Virus record (IMG/VR): IMGVR_UViG_3300044948_000587
Strand: one strand, 5' to 3'
Origin: an uncultured virus (IMG/VR IMGVR_UViG_3300044948_000587)
Taxonomy: Duplodnaviria > Heunggongvirae > Uroviricota > Caudoviricetes
DNA length: 20,000 nt
In this document: piece by piece, positions 17,948-20,000 of the stretch
How the letters are laid out: each line of letters begins with the position of its first letter
Position numbering within the stretch: the stretch's first letter is position 1
Program-made: the position numbers and the translations under genes
The notes under the pieces: model-generated
Database searches by the model: none
Told to the model about the DNA's origin: nothing
The model's input: only the letters and a program-made list of their open reading frames with translations

Positions 17948-18648
17948 TAAGGATATATTACCACATATATGTCATTGATGGCGTTGAATCTATAATAAAT
18001 GAACAACTGACATTAATAAAAAAATACATTAATCAACCATATTCATTAACTATTGGCATCTCAGTATCAGAAAATAATAATTCAGTAGACGATATGATTA
18101 AATTAATTTATGGGTATGATTCAAAAATTATAATCGGTGATACTAAATTAATGGGTAACGAGTTTATAACATTAAATTTAATAGAAAGAGATAAATCATC
18201 ATTTGATGACACTGACTACATTTTGTATTTACACACAAAGGGAGCTTCTAAACAAATGAATTCCGAATCTATCCGATGGAGAAATGTAATGCAATTACAT
18301 AATATTCAATATATTGATAACGTATTTGGAATTTTGGATAATGAAGTTTTTAACACATATGGTTTTTTATTAGAAGTAGTAAGTAACCCTACAAATATAA
18401 TGTACTCTGGTAATTTTTGGTGGATGACCGGACAATACGCTAAAACAATAGACATAAGTAATGTTGATATTACAAATAGATGTAATGCAGAGTTACAATA
18501 TATTCAAATGGGAACGGATTGGAAACCCTATTCAATAATTAGAAAGGGAGATAATTGGAAACCTTATTCATACTTTATTAAGGACAAAGGGGGGGGGATA
18601 GAAAAACGTAATATTAACACAAAATTAAGTTTTAATAAATTAATATAA
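17944..18648 (+). CDS. Hypothetical protein, putative glycosyltransferase-like
   Basis: IYYHIY, ILYLHTKG, WR, YSGNFWW, R..AE motifs; function is inference. Confidence 0.5.
   Translation: MIRIYYHIYVIDGVESIINEQLTLIKKYINQPYSLTIGISVSENNNSVDDMIKLIYGYDSKIIIGDTKLMGNEFITLNLIERDKSSFDDTDYILYLHTKGASKQMNSESIRWRNVMQLHNIQYIDNVFGILDNEVFNTYGFLLEVVSNPTNIMYSGNFWWMTGQYAKTIDISNVDITNRCNAELQYIQMGTDWKPYSIIRKGDNWKPYSYFIKDKGGGIEKRNINTKLSFNKLI
18518..18570 (+). repeat. Imperfect 17-bp direct repeat, 36-nt period (WKPYS x2)
   Basis: attggaaaccctattca (18518-18534) and attggaaaccttattca (18554-18570). Confidence 0.85.
18589..18597 (+). repeat. G9 homopolymer within CDS
   Basis: aaa GGGGGGGGG ata in an otherwise very AT-rich sequence. 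Confidence 0.9.
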
Positions 18649-18658
18649 TTATGAATAT

Positions 18659-19462
18659 ATGGACCCGTTAAAATATTGGACGTTAGATGGATTTGAAATA
18701 TCATCATTTAAGTTTAATTTAAATGAAAGAAAGGGAAAGACGTATAAAACATGCGGTTCCGATGGTACTGGCTTGTGTAGCTATGCCTATAATGAATTAG
18801 GATTTAGGGGAGATAGTGTAAAAAAAGAGGGATTTAAAGTAATGTCATTAGGTTGTTCTCATACCGAAGGTGTCGGTGTTAATTACAATGATATGTGGTC
18901 AACACGATTTACAAATCGTATACCCAATGGTGTTAATATGAATTTTGGTACAGGTGGTAGAAGTAATGATTTTATTACTAGATGTCTATTAACATATTAC
19001 GATGTGGTAAAACCTGATTTGGTATTAATAATGTATACATCACCATTAAGAAGAGAAATATACACAAAAGATGGTAATATAGAACCATTTATTCCCGCTC
19101 GTTCATGGGGATATATGGGTGAAACTGAAGACGGTAAACAAACACAAAGTTATTTAACTGAATTACAAAATGATAATGAAGATTTAATTAATTGGTATAA
19201 AAATCATCAACTAATAAAATTATTCTTAGAAACTAAAAATTGTAATTGGATTTGGAATGGGTCGTTTGGTATACCAAGTGAATTTAAAGAGCCTAACAGA
19301 TTTGATGGTGAATATCAAATTTTTATCGATAAGGGTGTTGAAGGGGGACATGCTGGCCCCGAACAAAATAAAAGTTATGCAAATAAATTATACGACTTCA
19401 TAACTGAAAATTTCCCAAATTACATAAATGTTTTATCAAAAAATAAACAAAGTTTGATTTGA
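18659..19462 (+). CDS. SGNH/GDSL-like protein
   Basis: YNELGFRG, LGCSHTEGVGV, NFGTGGRSN, KPDLV, HAGP. Confidence 0.7.
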   Translation: MDPLKYWTLDGFEISSFKFNLNERKGKTYKTCGSDGTGLCSYAYNELGFRGDSVKKEGFKVMSLGCSHTEGVGVNYNDMWSTRFTNRIPNGVNMNFGTGGRSNDFITRCLLTYYDVVKPDLVLIMYTSPLRREIYTKDGNIEPFIPARSWGYMGETEDGKQTQSYLTELQNDNEDLINWYKNHQLIKLFLETKNCNWIWNGSFGIPSEFKEPNRFDGEYQIFIDKGVEGGHAGPEQNKSYANKLYDFITENFPNYINVLSKNKQSLI

Positions 19463-19487
19463 CATTCTAACTTATTTTCATTATATT
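19459..19487 (+). promoter_or_regulatory. Putative sigma70-like promoter
   Basis: TTGACA-N17-TATATT, 7 nt before the ATG at 19495. Confidence 0.65.
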
Positions 19488-19494
19488 ATGATAT

Positions 19495-20000
19495 ATGAAA
19501 ATATTAGCTCACACATGTTTTATTGGAGTAACAGGATATGCTAATCACGCAAAGTCCTTTTTTTGTGCTCTGAACAAATACCACACAGTAAAGGTTAGAA
19601 ATTCAACGGTAGGTAGTGGATGGAAAGGGATGAATGACACTCCACACGATAATGAGACCTATATAACCAACGAAATGAAGGATATGTTAATCCTTCAAAC
19701 CCTTAACAATTCGGACGGTAGTAGGTCAGATTACCCCATTTATGGGTATGATGGTGGATTTAAACCGGATGTTCACATTGTTTTGGTGGACACTAATAAC
19801 TATTATTTCTATGAAAATTATGAGGGATATAAAATAGCATATAATGTTTGGGAATCAACACGTTATCCTGATGATTTCTTTCAAAGATTACATTACTTTG
19901 ATGAAGTATGGGTACCAACCCAATGGCAATTTGATTGTTTAGTTGAACAGGGTTACCCATCACATAAAATATCAATCGTTCCTGAGGGAGTTGATGTGGA
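19495..20000 (+). CDS. Glycosyltransferase family 4-like (GT-B), runs off the window
   Basis: Manual translation MKILAHTCFIGVTGYANHAKSF...YNVWESTRYP...FDEVWVPTQWQ...IVPEGVD, open to the window end. Confidence 0.8.
   Translation, partial: MKILAHTCFIGVTGYANHAKSFFCALNKYHTVKVRNSTVGSGWKGMNDTPHDNETYITNEMKDMLILQTLNNSDGSRSDYPIYGYDGGFKPDVHIVLVDTNNYYFYENYEGYKIAYNVWESTRYPDDFFQRLHYFDEVWVPTQWQFDCLVEQGYPSHKISIVPEGVDV

Noticed and set aside
5125..19975. Short minus-strand ORFs in the track (5125, 6906, 9193, 9973, 11408, 12493, 12802, 15416, 16615, 19793)
   Set aside because: All lie antisense within well-supported plus-strand genes and have no recognisable motifs.
1..20000. Stop-codon reassignment as seen in some large phages
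   Set aside because: Genes are full length and tightly packed in the standard code, and TAA, TAG and TGA all terminate genes at sensible positions.
1..20000. CRISPR array, tRNA/rRNA, transposase or integrase
   Set aside because: No spaced repeats or recognisable RNA genes; intergenic gaps are too short; no recombinase motifs seen.

Overview
Strongly AT-rich, densely coding window (standard genetic code, overlapping or abutting ORFs, no clear Shine-Dalgarno sites) made almost entirely of small-molecule, glycan and peptide tailoring enzymes. The gene mix suggests the accessory region of a large dsDNA phage, but this is inference because no phage hallmark gene is in the window. A left minus-strand operon (<1-4999) encodes nucleotide-sugar enzymes: an SDR epimerase, RmlC, a short ThDP E1-alpha-like protein, a GT10-like protein, and an SDR/2OG-Fe(II) oxygenase fusion missing from the ORF track. 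A divergent plus-strand arm encodes two more GT10-like paralogues, SGNH-like proteins, a DUF5672-like protein, a NodU/CmcH carbamoyltransferase and an APS kinase/HxGH nucleotidyltransferase/DUF2061 triad. The most striking element is 13208-14695: a circularly permuted ATP-grasp-like domain fused to a Hint domain whose residues suggest C-terminal cleavage only, followed by a 38-aa Cys6/Tyr8 peptide. Downstream lies a block of tailoring enzymes (two sulfotransferases, a 2OG oxygenase, a SPASM-radical SAM protein, a GT-like and an SGNH-like protein), nearly all ending in a shared C-terminal tag (KTLI/KTFI/NQLI/NKLI/QSLI). Together these form a candidate self-releasing RiPP-like peptide system with tag-addressed enzymes.
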